Below, in pieces: positions 1-9,430 of a stretch of DNA of 64,000 bases. Both the position numbers and the translations under genes were made by a program. Location of the stretch: contig CAWBOJ010000003.1 in assembly GCA_963790405.1 (NCBI GenBank), positions 398,873 through 462,872 of the forward strand, read 5' to 3'. The DNA comes from an uncultured Actinomycetota bacterium (GTDB taxonomy: Bacteria; Actinomycetota; Coriobacteriia; Anaerosomatales; JAGXFU01). Position 1 is the stretch's first letter; every line of letters starts with the position of its first letter. The notes under the pieces are model-generated. The model made no database searches. It was given only the letters and a program-made list of their open reading frames with translations, and was not told where the DNA came from.

Positions 1-249
1 GGCCGGGACCGGTCGCTGGATCTCGCCGAGATCCTGCAGCTCGACATGTTCATCCTGCGTACCGAAGCGATGATCCGCTGGCTCGATTCGGCTGAGGCGA
101 AGATCAGGAGAGCTGCCGAAGAGGTACCCTCACGCGTACCCGTTCGAGACGTCGAGGTCGCCGCCCCCTCAGACGGCGTGACCTCAGCGGACGAGAGCCA
201 GGAGTCCGCCAATCATGCCAGCTCCGAGAACGAAGGAGAGCCGGCATGA
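1..249 (+). CDS. 3' end of unidentified gene (5'-truncated by window edge)
   Basis: Frame 1 is open from base 1 to TGA 247-249. The stop overlaps the next gene's ATG (ATGA). Acidic low-complexity tail with no recognised motif. Confidence 0.3.
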   Translation, partial: GRDRSLDLAEILQLDMFILRTEAMIRWLDSAEAKIRRAAEEVPSRVPVRDVEVAAPSDGVTSADESQESANHASSENEGEPA

Positions 250-1412
250 GCGTCTTCCGGGACGTCTTCCGCCGCAAGCTCCGCTCGGTTCTCACCATCA
301 GCGGCGTGGCAGTGGGCGTCTTCGCCATCGTGTTGCTCGGCGCGTTCGCCGAGAAGGTGAACGTGAACTTGGATATCGTTAGGGACATGTCCACTCAGAC
401 CGTCACGGTCCTCGACGAACGAGGGGTCGGCGTGTTTGGGATGAGTGACGGGACGCGTCCCCTCTCGGCAGAGAAGCAGGCCGAGGTCGAGACGGTCGAA
501 GGCGTGCGCCGCGCCGCACCTATGGTCGTGCTGATGCTGGACGACGAGGCGGCGATCATGTGGACGCCGTCGATGCTCATGGGTAGCTATGCGCGCGACT
601 GGCCCGAGCAGCTAAGCATGTCGAAGGGTCGGCTATATGCCGACGACGAATCCGGCGTCACCGTGATCGGTCACGATCTTGCCGCTCAGCTGGATGTCGA
701 AGTTGGCGATACGGTCGAGCTTAGAGGTCGCCGTTTCGAGGTCGTCGGCCTCCTTGAGCGCTCGCTCGTGAACGTCTACGACCAGGCCGCGATGGTGCCT
801 ATCGCCGATGCGCGGGCTCTCTACATCGAATGGCTTCCGGAGACGTTTCGCTCCCGGATCGAACCGGCCGACATAAACACCCAGCTCACGGTCTTTCCCG
901 AGGAGGGCGTGGATGGCGACGCATTGGCGGCGCGCATAGTCAATGAGGTCGACGGGGTGGCGGCGACAAGTCCGTCGGATTCCGCGGAATACTCGCAGTC
1001 GTTGACCGACATCGTGAACGCGGTGATCGTCAGCGTCGGGTTCATTGCGCTGGTCGTAGGAGCGCTGTCGATTCTGAACACCATGCTGGTCGCCATCGCC
1101 GAGAGGACACACGAGATAGGGACCAAGCGTGCCCTCGGCGCGTCGAAGTGGCGCATCGCCCGAGACGTACTGGCCGAATCCGTGGTCATCGGTGCTTGCG
1201 CGGGAGTGGTTGGGCTCGTTGGCGGTGCCGTAGTCGCGACCGTGATGAATGCCGCGATCACGGCGCAGACGGGCGTGGGGCTGTTCCTGATCACAGGCAA
1301 ACTCGGGGTAGCGACCGTGGTGTTCGCGCTGATTCTGGGTGGTGTCGCCGGCCTGTATCCGGCCTGGCGCGCGTCGCAGCTCGATCCTGTCATCGCCCTG
1401 GCGCACGAGTAG
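246..1412 (+). CDS. ABC transporter permease, MacB/FtsX-like
   Basis: 388-aa ORF. N-terminal TM (LTISGVAVGVFAIVLLGA), large extracytoplasmic domain, and a C-terminal FtsX-type bundle with 'ERTHEIGTKRALGASKWRI'. Paralogous to the next ORF. Confidence 0.85.
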   Translation: MSVFRDVFRRKLRSVLTISGVAVGVFAIVLLGAFAEKVNVNLDIVRDMSTQTVTVLDERGVGVFGMSDGTRPLSAEKQAEVETVEGVRRAAPMVVLMLDDEAAIMWTPSMLMGSYARDWPEQLSMSKGRLYADDESGVTVIGHDLAAQLDVEVGDTVELRGRRFEVVGLLERSLVNVYDQAAMVPIADARALYIEWLPETFRSRIEPADINTQLTVFPEEGVDGDALAARIVNEVDGVAATSPSDSAEYSQSLTDIVNAVIVSVGFIALVVGALSILNTMLVAIAERTHEIGTKRALGASKWRIARDVLAESVVIGACAGVVGLVGGAVVATVMNAAITAQTGVGLFLITGKLGVATVVFALILGGVAGLYPAWRASQLDPVIALAHE

Positions 1413-1421
1413 GAGGTCGGG

Positions 1422-2591
1422 ATGCAGGTACTCAGGGACATCTTCCAGCGGCGCGCTCGGTCGCTCCTCACCGTCCTCGGCATCGCGACCGGCGTTTTCG
1501 CGTTGGTCGTGCTCGGCGCTATGGCCGAGAAGGCCGACCAGACCATGCGTCGAAACGGCGAGTACTACGAAGACAAGGTCGTGGTGGCCGAGGAGAATGC
1601 AGCGAACGACAGGGGGTACACGAACGGCAGCCGGCCCCTCAACGTCGACACGATCGAGGAGATCGGCAGCATCCCCGGCGTGCTCGATGTCGCGCCGCAG
1701 GTAGCCCTAATCCTGGATCCGACCACCGTTCCACTCGGAGTGCCGCCGCTGCTGGTGGGCGGGTATCTCGGCACGGACACGTACGAGGAACGCTGGGACG
1801 TTGCCGAGGGCCGGATGATCACCGATGACGAGTCGGGGGTCGCGGTCATCGGCAAGGACCTTGTCGAGGCCCTCGATGCGCAAGTTGGGCGGACCGTGGA
1901 GCTGCAGGACCACAAGTTCGAGGTCGTCGGGATCCTCGAGCAATCTCTCACGACGATGGACCAGTCCGCGATGATCCCGATTGGCGATGCGCGAAGGGCG
2001 TTCGTCGACACGCTGCCCGACCCGTTCTTGGCAGACATCGACGCAGACACCATCGCGCTGCAGGCGACAGTGTACGTCGCTCCGGGTACCGACGCGGACG
2101 CACTGGCGCGTACGATCGAGAACCGCGTGGACGGGGTCAAGGCGATGGGTCCGTCTGAGCTGAGGCAGAACTTCGGCCAGCTCGTAGCCATCTTCGACAT
2201 GATTCTCGTGGCGGTGGGAACCCTGGCGCTGATGATCGGCGGCCTGTCGATCGTGAACACGATGACGCTTTCGGTGAACGAGCGCGTGCGCGAGATCGGC
2301 ATCAAGCGCGCGATAGGCGCCTCTCGGTGGCGGGTCGGACGAGACACGCTCGTGGAGTCTGCCGTCATCGGTGGCGCGGGCGGAGTAGTGGGCCTGGTGT
2401 TCGGCGCCCTCGGGGCGCAAGCAGCCAACGCGTCGGCATCGTCCCAACTGGGCATGGCAATGTTCGCGGTCAGCGGCAGGTTGCTGATCGGTGCGCTCGT
2501 GTTTGCAGTCGCTCTTGGCGTGATGGCCGGAGCATATCCCGCGTGGCGGGCATCACGGATGGACCCGGTTGATGCTCTTGCGTACGAGTAG
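1422..2591 (+). CDS. ABC transporter permease, MacB/FtsX-like (paralog)
   Basis: 389-aa ORF with the same architecture ('ERVREIGIKRAIGASRWRV', ends 'DPVDALAYE' versus 'DPVIALAHE' upstream). Lies 10 bp after the previous stop. Confidence 0.85.
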   Translation: MQVLRDIFQRRARSLLTVLGIATGVFALVVLGAMAEKADQTMRRNGEYYEDKVVVAEENAANDRGYTNGSRPLNVDTIEEIGSIPGVLDVAPQVALILDPTTVPLGVPPLLVGGYLGTDTYEERWDVAEGRMITDDESGVAVIGKDLVEALDAQVGRTVELQDHKFEVVGILEQSLTTMDQSAMIPIGDARRAFVDTLPDPFLADIDADTIALQATVYVAPGTDADALARTIENRVDGVKAMGPSELRQNFGQLVAIFDMILVAVGTLALMIGGLSIVNTMTLSVNERVREIGIKRAIGASRWRVGRDTLVESAVIGGAGGVVGLVFGALGAQAANASASSQLGMAMFAVSGRLLIGALVFAVALGVMAGAYPAWRASRMDPVDALAYE

Positions 2592-2600
2592 GAGGAAACG

Positions 2601-3302
2601 ATGTCCGCGGTGACCATCGAAGACGTGGAGAAGCTCTACTACCTGGGCAAGCGAAACGTGGTGCACGCCTTGCGCGGGACCAGTCTCGTCGTGGGCGACG
2701 GGGAGTTCGTCGTGGTCATGGGCCCGTCCGGCTCGGGCAAGTCCACGCTGCTCAACGTGATCGGATGCTTGTCGGGTGTCACGTCCGGGCACGTGCTCGT
2801 GGGCGATGAGGATGTCACGAGGTTGAAGAGCCGCGCGCTCGACCGTATCCGGGCCAACGACATCGGCTTCATCTTCCAGACGTTCAGTCTCATACCGACT
2901 CGGACCGCGCTCGAAAACGTCATGCTGGCGGCCGAGTACGCGGGGATCGGAGCGAAAGAGCGCCGGCAGCGAAGTGTCGAGATTCTCGGCAAGGTCGGGT
3001 TGGAGGAGAGGCTCGATCACTTCCCGAACGAGCTCTCCGGTGGTGAGCAGCAGCGGGTAGCGATCGCGCGTGCGCTCGTGAAGTCGCCCCGGCTCCTGCT
3101 GGCCGATGAGCCGACGGGGAACCTGGACTCGGTGGCTGCCGAGGAAGTCATGGAGCTGCTCAAGTCATTGCGGATCGACGGCCAGACCGTCGTGATGGTC
3201 ACGCACGACTTGCGCATGGCAGCCTACGGGGACCGCATCGTCTTCCTCAAAGACGGGCGTGTGGTCGACGAGCAGGATCTTCGCTCGCAGGTTGTCCTCT
3301 GA
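2601..3302 (+). CDS. ABC transporter ATP-binding protein (MacB/LolD-type)
   Basis: Walker A GPSGSGKST, signature LSGGEQQR, Walker B LLLADEPT, H-loop VTHD. Third gene of the operon. Confidence 0.9.
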   Translation: MSAVTIEDVEKLYYLGKRNVVHALRGTSLVVGDGEFVVVMGPSGSGKSTLLNVIGCLSGVTSGHVLVGDEDVTRLKSRALDRIRANDIGFIFQTFSLIPTRTALENVMLAAEYAGIGAKERRQRSVEILGKVGLEERLDHFPNELSGGEQQRVAIARALVKSPRLLLADEPTGNLDSVAAEEVMELLKSLRIDGQTVVMVTHDLRMAAYGDRIVFLKDGRVVDEQDLRSQVVL

Positions 3303-3363
3303 ACGCGGTAACCGTCCCAATTGACTGCAGCCGGGCGATCAGCTCCCCGAAGAACCCAATGGG

Positions 3364-4117
3364 CTACCCGCTTTGCCAGCGCTCGAGCCACCATGCGACC
3401 GAGCGGTTCATCTCGGCCATGAACTCTGATGCGTACTTGCGACGGTGGACGACCTCCGGGTAGCTGGTGGCTCCGGGAGGCAGGCCGTGGGGAGCGTGCA
3501 TCTCTTGCAGCTCTGCGCTCACGATGTCGAGCTCTTCGGCACCGAGGCGCCGGTAGCGGTCGGTGTGCACCATGTGGCGTGTGTATCGAGGGACCGGTGA
3601 GCGCTCAACAGCGGGCCGTCCGAAGCACAGCATTGCAATCGGCAGCGTGTGATCGGGCAGGCCGAGGAGTTCCGCGTGGATCTCGCCGTTCTCGAGCACG
3701 TCACCGATGTAGCACGAGCCGATGCCGAGCGACTCGGCTGCGATGACCGCGTTCTGCGCGGCGATCAGCGCGTCCGAGCAGGCGAGCAGCAGGTCGCCGC
3801 CGCCGGGAGGCCTGCGTGTCTGCTCCGAGGGCCGCACCGGTGTGGTCGAACAGGTCGGTCCACTTCTGGAAGTCGGCCACGAACACGAGGACCCACGGCG
3901 CGGTCGCGATGAACGGCTGGTCGTCGCAGGTCACCGCGAGGCGGTCTTTGATGGACTGATCGACCACGTCGATGATCGTGTACAGCATCATGTTGCCGCC
4001 GGTGGGAGCGCGGAAGGCTGCCTCGAGGATCGCGGTCTTCTCGGCGTCGGAGATGGGCTCAGCCGAGTAGCTCCGGGTCGACGTGCGTCGGGCGATGAGT
4101 TCGAGTGTCGGATTCAC
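3364..4117 (-). CDS. nitroreductase family protein, frame-disrupted near 3815
   Basis: The N-terminal piece (ORF 3701-4117, 'RTSTRSYSAEPISDAEKTAILEAAFRAPTGGN') and the C-terminal piece (ORF 3364-3837, 'DALIAAQNAVIAAESLGIGSCYIG') are in different frames and overlap. Confidence 0.75.
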
Positions 4118-4185
4118 GGCGGGCTCCTGTGGCAGGGGCGGGCTCTGGCGCCCAGTGTAGCGCTCCGCGTTGCCCCTCCTGGGCC

Positions 4186-4279
4186 CGCTCGGTATACTCG
4201 CACGTGCGCTCGAAGCAGCCTTGCGCTGCTCGCGCCATCGCGGAGAGGTGGCAGAGTGGTTGAATGCGGCGGTCTCGAA
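4186..4279 (+). repeat. 94-bp direct repeat, copy A (tRNA-Ser upstream region + first 38 nt of tRNA)
   Basis: Base-for-base identical to 7075-7168 by manual alignment. Includes the TATACT box (4193-4198). Identity ends inside the anticodon loop (CTCGAA|). Confidence 0.85.
4242..4279 (+). pseudogene. truncated tRNA-Ser 5' half (acceptor, D-arm, 5' anticodon stem)
   Basis: GGAGAGGTGGCAGAGTGGTTGAATGCGGCGGTCTCGAA equals nt 1-38 of the intact tRNA at 7131. No T-arm or 3' acceptor strand follows. Confidence 0.8.
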
Positions 4280-4685
4280 CGCCCTTCATCCCCCTTGAGC
4301 TTGGTCAGTGACTCGTCGCTGCGGTCTCGAAACCTCTCGTTCGGGATGAGCTGCACAGTCCCAGGGCGCATGCGTGCATCAAGGAAAGTAGGTGCACCAC
4401 CGGGGCCTCGAACAAGGAAGCATCGCAGCGGCGCCGAATCCAATCAGCAGACTGTGACGTTTGTCACACTAGAGGGGTCGCGGCCCGCGTGGAGGACGAG
4501 CCGGGGCGCTTCCGTGATGCACGGGTGCGTCAGGGGATCGCATGCAACCACGCGGGCATATCTCTGTTCCAGCTCAGTGCCGAGGCGGGCCGCACGGCCC
4601 GCCTGTCTTCGGCGTTTCCGTCGGTCCGGTTTGCCGACGGGCACGCATCGTTCGATCCCAATGCATGTGGCTCTAGGGTAGGGAG

Positions 4686-6929
4686 ATGAAAATGCGAAAT
4701 GCAGTGACGAGGATCCTCTTGGCGGCGGTGCTGGTGGCCATGCTCGTCCCGACGCACGCTGCGGCGGTCGTGGCGCGCGATGGGGTGGATGCCCCGGCGC
4801 AGGTCAGACAAGACAGGCGATCCCATCCGCTCGGAGAGAAGGCTGCTGCGCTGCGGGCGAATGCGGTCCAGGCGAAGTATGCGGGAGGGGTCGAGGGCGA
4901 CGGCTACGAGGTGGAGCCGGGTGAATTCGATGAGCTGGAGCTCGACGGCACGGGCCAGGTCTGGACCGTGCCGGGTGAGTTCTCGGACTACCCGCACAAC
5001 AGCATCCCCGAGCCGGATCGCACCGTTGACAACTCGACGATCTGGACCGAGGACTTCAGCGAGGCCTACTACGACGACATGCTCTACACCCAGGGCGATG
5101 ACGTCATCTCGATGGCCGAGTACTTCCTCGAGATGTCGAGTGGGCGCTACACCGTCGATGGCGACTGCGTCGATTGGGTGGAGCTGCCCTACGACCACGA
5201 GTACTACGACGACGGCACCGCCACAAACGACACGTCCGAGAACGTGTGGCTGTTCCTCGCCGACATGCTCAACGGCTGGTACGCAGCCGAGAGGGCGGCA
5301 GGCAAGAGCGATGCAGAGATCAATGAGTACCTCGCCAGGTTCGACACGCGCGACCGCTACGACTGGGACGGAGACAGCGACTACGACGAGCCTGACGGCT
5401 ACATCGACCATTTCCAGTCGCTTCATTCGGGTGAGGGCGAAGAAGCCGGTGGTGGCGAGCTCGGGGACGAGGCGATCTGGAGCCACAGCTGGTATGCGAA
5501 CTACGCCGACATCGGGAAGACCGGCCCCTCCGATGACTTCCTGCTCGGTGGCATCCAGATCGGTGACAGCGGTTTCTGGATCGGCGACTACACGATCCAG
5601 CCGGAGAACGGCGGCGTGGGCGTGTTCGCGCACGAGTACACGCACGACCTGGGTCTGCCGGACCTCTACGACACGGTTGGCGGGGACAACGCCACCAGCT
5701 TCTGGACGCTGATGGACAGCGGCTCGTGGCTCTCGCAGGTCGACTACGACCTCGGCTCCGCACCGGCGCACCAGGGTCCCTGGGAGAAGCTCATGCTCGG
5801 CTGGCTCGATGTGGAGGTCGCTGAACCCGGCGAGACCGCGGAGCTGACCTTGGGTCCCGTGGAGTTCAACTCGACCCAGCCCCAGGCGCTGCTCGTGAAT
5901 CTGCCTGACAAGTTCGTCGAGTGGGACATCGGCGACCCGTATGCCGGTGAGTACTTCTACTACAGCGACAAGGGTGACAACCTACGCAACCAGATGTCCA
6001 AGGCGTTCACACTGCCCGCGGGAGCGTCCCTGACCGCGATGGTGAACTACGGCATCGAGAAGGGTTACGACTACGCGAACGTCATCATCTCGACGGACGG
6101 TGGCGACACGTGGGATACGGTGCCGACGAACCTCTCGAGCTCGACCGTCGAGGACAACGGCATCGACGGGTTCTCCAACGGGTGGGAAGAGCTGACCGCC
6201 GACCTCTCGGCCTACGAGGGTGACGTGCTGTTGGGCTTCAGCTACATCACGGACGGTGGCGTGGCCGAGATTGGCTTCATGGTCGACGACATCGCAATCA
6301 CCGGGGCCGACCTGGACGGTGCCGAGGATGCCGACGCCGGCTGGACGTACGATGGCTTCAAGCGCACCACCGGCTACGAGAGCGGCTACTACTGGAACTA
6401 CTACCTGGCCGAGAACCGGCAGTTCTACGGATGGGACTCTGCGCTGGCCAACTGCTACAACTGGGGCTTCTTGAAGGGCAAGACCGCGATGGTCAACTGG
6501 GCGGAGCGATTTGCATACGAGCAGGGTCTGCTCGTCTGGTACTGCGACACGTCGCAGCCGGACAACAACGCGAGCGTGCATCCGGGTACCGGTTTCGCGT
6601 TGCCGGTCGATGCGCATCCGAAGGCCCTTACGATCGGCAAGAGCAAGCAGCTGTGGCGCAACCGGATCCAGACCTACGACTCGCCATTCGGCCTGACGGC
6701 GACACACGCGCTGCCGCTGCACTACAATTCGCGGCTCGTACCGATCGCCAGCCAGGCGGCGAACCCGGTCTTCGACGACTCTCAGTCGTACTACGATCCG
6801 GCGAACCCGACCGGCAGCGTGATCACGCCGCTGGGCATGGGTGCACGGATCGAGGTGCTCGGCACCCTAGACGCCGGAGACAACGGTGTCTACATGGGGG
6901 TGCGTGTGACGGCGCCCGAGCTCGACTAG
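4686..6929 (+). CDS. secreted M6-family (immune inhibitor A-like) zinc metalloprotease
   Basis: 747 aa. Signal peptide (ILLAAVLVAMLVPTHAAA). Zinc motif HEYTHDLGLPDLYD, characteristic of InhA/M6 peptidases. Frame intact. Confidence 0.85.
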   Translation: MKMRNAVTRILLAAVLVAMLVPTHAAAVVARDGVDAPAQVRQDRRSHPLGEKAAALRANAVQAKYAGGVEGDGYEVEPGEFDELELDGTGQVWTVPGEFSDYPHNSIPEPDRTVDNSTIWTEDFSEAYYDDMLYTQGDDVISMAEYFLEMSSGRYTVDGDCVDWVELPYDHEYYDDGTATNDTSENVWLFLADMLNGWYAAERAAGKSDAEINEYLARFDTRDRYDWDGDSDYDEPDGYIDHFQSLHSGEGEEAGGGELGDEAIWSHSWYANYADIGKTGPSDDFLLGGIQIGDSGFWIGDYTIQPENGGVGVFAHEYTHDLGLPDLYDTVGGDNATSFWTLMDSGSWLSQVDYDLGSAPAHQGPWEKLMLGWLDVEVAEPGETAELTLGPVEFNSTQPQALLVNLPDKFVEWDIGDPYAGEYFYYSDKGDNLRNQMSKAFTLPAGASLTAMVNYGIEKGYDYANVIISTDGGDTWDTVPTNLSSSTVEDNGIDGFSNGWEELTADLSAYEGDVLLGFSYITDGGVAEIGFMVDDIAITGADLDGAEDADAGWTYDGFKRTTGYESGYYWNYYLAENRQFYGWDSALANCYNWGFLKGKTAMVNWAERFAYEQGLLVWYCDTSQPDNNASVHPGTGFALPVDAHPKALTIGKSKQLWRNRIQTYDSPFGLTATHALPLHYNSRLVPIASQAANPVFDDSQSYYDPANPTGSVITPLGMGARIEVLGTLDAGDNGVYMGVRVTAPELD

Positions 6930-6993
6930 TCCGTTGCCCCAACGGGAGGATGCGGTCTCACGAGCGGGTCGCGGACTTTCGGGGGATCTCATA

Positions 6994-7029
6994 CAGAGGG
7001 TCCGCTTCCGAGAGGGGGCGGGCCCTCTG
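6994..7029 (+). terminator. stem-loop downstream of the protease gene
   Basis: CAGAGGGTCCGC ... GCGGGCCCTCTG forms a 12-bp stem with one mismatch. No clear T-tract. Confidence 0.4.
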
Positions 7030-7074
7030 CATAAGGCGAGGCTGACTGCTGGCCACGATTGCCCCGTCTCGGTA

Positions 7075-7168
7075 CGCTCGGTATACTCGCACGTGCGCTC
7101 GAAGCAGCCTTGCGCTGCTCGCGCCATCGCGGAGAGGTGGCAGAGTGGTTGAATGCGGCGGTCTCGAA
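7075..7168 (+). repeat. 94-bp direct repeat, copy B
   Basis: Identical to 4186-4279. Here it continues into a complete tRNA. Confidence 0.85.
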
Positions 7169-7223
7169 AACCGTTAGGCGGGTATCCCCCGTCTCGAGGG
7201 TTCGAATCCCTCCCTCTCCGCCA
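7131..7223 (+). tRNA. tRNA-Ser (anticodon CGA), encoded CCA
   Basis: Manual cloverleaf. Acceptor GGAGAGG/CCTCTCC. Anticodon stem GCGGT/ACCGT with loop CTCGAAA. Long variable arm. T-arm GAGGG-TTCGAAT-CCCTC. Discriminator G plus CCA. Confidence 0.9.
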
Positions 7224-7431
7224 TATGCAGGGAAAACGTGGTCCCGGTGCTCCTGATAAGGAGGCCGGGGCTGCGTGCGTATTCGAGCGAACTGCAAACC
7301 TCACCGCACCGCTCAGTACTCGGTATCATGGTGAGGCGTTCGATTTCGCGGTGAGGACACGGGTTCAAGTCCTCCAGGTGATGACCGAGTGCTCACAACC
7401 GATGCATTAGCTGGGAAGGAAGGGTGTCGAA

Positions 7432-8551
7432 GTGCGCTATCGCCGCATGCCGATCGAGGTTGAGTCGCCCGAGCAGTTGGGCTACTCGACGATCACGAAC
7501 AACCTGTCCGAGAGTTCGGTCTCGGACAGACGGCTGAGCGACCTGGGGCTGCCGATCGAACTCGACGATCTGCTGCTGTGCTACGGAGACCACCTTGGAG
7601 ACCCGCCGCTGCGCGAGGCGATCGCGGCCCTTGGACCCGGTCTTTCGCCCGAGGACGTTTTGGTCACACCCGGCGCCGCGACGGCTCTGTTCTGCACCGC
7701 GACGACGATGCTCGATCCCGGCGACCATCTCGTCGTCGTTCGTACGAACTACGCCACGAATCTTGAGACGCCACGTGCGATCGGTGCGGATGTCGACGTG
7801 GTCGATCTGCGTTTCGAGGATGGCTGGGCTCTCGATATCGACCACGTGCGGTCCCGGGTCGAGCCCGGACGAACCAAGATGATCAGTGTCACCTGCCCTC
7901 ACAATCCGACGGGCACCATGATGTCTGAGCCCGATCTTCTTCGGCTGGTCGAGTTGGCCGAGGACTCGGGTGCCGTATTGCTCGTCGACGAGACGTACCG
8001 CGATCTGACACATGGGGAGCAACTCCCCATGGTGGCGACGCTGTCCGCGCGGGCTATCAGCGTTGCCTCGGTGTCAAAAGCCTATGGACTGCCGGGATTG
8101 CGCATCGGTTGGGCTGTCACCACCGATCCCGACTTGCAGCAGGCGCTGCTGGCGGCCAAGGAGCAAGTGGTGATCTGCGGCTCGACGATCGACGAGCACA
8201 TCGCCGGACGCGTGCTCGCCGATCGAGAGCGGATCCTAAGCCCGATCCTGTGCGACGTTCGCGAGCGTGCGGCCGTCGTCCAGTCGTGGATGGACGCTCA
8301 GACCGTGTTCGAGTGGATTGTGCCAAGCGGCGGCGTGGTGGGGTTCGTGCGCTTCCGCGAGGAGTTTATCGTCGACGAACAGGAGTTCTACCGCTGTCTG
8401 CTTGATGACTTCGGTACCTATGTGGGCCCTGGGCATTGGTTCGAGGTCAGCGATCGGCACTTCCGGCTTGGCTTCGGCTGGCCCACGCGAGCAGGAGTTG
8501 CAAGACGGTCTCGAAGGTCTGACGCAGGCGGCCGAGCGCGCTCGGCGGTAG
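7432..8551 (+). CDS. PLP-dependent aminotransferase (class I/II), frame-disrupted near 8487
   Basis: PLP-lysine motif 'SVSKAYGLPGLRIGW'. The expected C-terminus 'REQELQDGLEGLTQAAERARR*' is in the +1 frame (ORF 8267-8551). The listed ORF reads through to 8820 as nonsense. Confidence 0.8.
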
Positions 8552-8589
8552 CGCCGCTCGTTCCCGAGCGGGGAGAGTCAGACCCGGTG

Positions 8590-8642
8590 CCGTTAGGCGG
8601 GTTTCTCCCGTCTCGACGGGTAAGAATCCCTCCCTCTCCGCC
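8590..8642 (+). pseudogene. diverged copy of tRNA-Ser 3' half (variable arm, T-arm, acceptor 3' strand)
   Basis: CCGTTAGGCGGGTttCtCCCGTCTCGAcGGGTaaGAATCCCTCCCTCTCCGCC aligns to 7171-7222 with about 6 mismatches (the T-stem and T-loop TTCGAAT are disrupted). It begins exactly after the anticodon loop. Confidence 0.65.
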
Positions 8643-8665
8643 GTATAGATTGAAGACGTCCGCTC

Positions 8666-9346
8666 CTAGGCAAAGAGGGGTGGACGTTCTAGCCTCTTGG
8701 CGGCGTGCTGCTCGATCGCAGCGCGGTGGTATGTCTCGACCGCGCTGGCGACCTCATCGAACAACTCTGGCGGGCAGTGGAGGCGGAGCACCGTGCGCCA
8801 CGAGTTGTGCAGTGCGATGACGCGTTGGCGTCGGTAGACGGTGACGCGATGAACGCTCTCCCAGGGGACAAGCGTTCGCTCGCGGCTCATGGCAAGCGCG
8901 CCTGCTCCGGCGGTTGTGGGGTTGCGCGCGAGCAAACCCACGATCACGACCAGTTTGTTCATGGACCGCTCGCGCTTCTCGGCACGGTACTCAACGCCCT
9001 TCGCGCTGACGATGAAGCGCGCGCCCTGCCGGTTGCCCAGCAGGAGGCTTGTGAGAACGAACAGGCCCGCCATGATGCCAGCCGTGAGGAAGAACACCAT
9101 CGGCGGCAAGATGATCAACTCACGTTCAATGATCAGGCCGCCCACGGCGACGATCACATACATCGCCGCAACGGAGAGTAGGATCACGCGCAGGAAGTCC
9201 CACAGCATGAACCGACTGGTCAGCAGAGGAATATCGTAGGTCCATTCGATTGGATCAGGGGCGGGATTTGGAGCGTGATCGGTCGCGGCGTCTGGTGCTT
9301 CAAGCACGAGATCCTCCCTTGATCCTGCGTTGCGGTCGGGCTCCAT
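8666..9346 (-). CDS. hypothetical membrane protein (2 TM + C-terminal cytoplasmic domain)
   Basis: 226-aa intact ORF with two long hydrophobic helices (LRVILLSVAAMYVIVAVGGLII; MVFFLTAGIMAGLFVLTSLLL). No family recognised. Confidence 0.55.
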   Translation of the reverse strand: MEPDRNAGSREDLVLEAPDAATDHAPNPAPDPIEWTYDIPLLTSRFMLWDFLRVILLSVAAMYVIVAVGGLIIERELIILPPMVFFLTAGIMAGLFVLTSLLLGNRQGARFIVSAKGVEYRAEKRERSMNKLVVIVGLLARNPTTAGAGALAMSRERTLVPWESVHRVTVYRRQRVIALHNSWRTVLRLHCPPELFDEVASAVETYHRAAIEQHAAKRLERPPLFA

Positions 9347-9430
9347 GATAGCAACGGTGCAAGAATGTGGCTCGTCGCCCGCAAACCCCGCTATAGTCAG
9401 TACGGATGCAACACGAGCTGGGGAGGGTTC

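Noticed and set aside
4530-5771. 413-aa minus-strand ORF antisense to the M6 protease gene.
   Set aside because: Arg/Val/Gly-rich low-complexity translation with no motifs. It is fully overlapped by a well-supported plus-strand gene. This is a typical shadow ORF in GC-rich DNA.
7290-7400. tRNA-like sequence between tRNA-Ser and the aminotransferase. It has two T-loop-like strings (GCGTTCGATTTCGC, GGGTTCAAGTCC) preceded by a CTCGGTATCAT box that resembles the tRNA-Ser upstream box.
   Set aside because: I could not fold a cloverleaf. There is no complementary 7-bp acceptor stem, and the T-stems pair at only 3 positions. It may be a decayed tRNA or a 5' leader. Left unannotated.
4280-8589. Calling the tRNA-flanked segments a mobile element or genomic island.
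   Set aside because: No integrase, transposase, excisionase or conjugation gene lies inside or beside them. Only the repeat architecture is reported.
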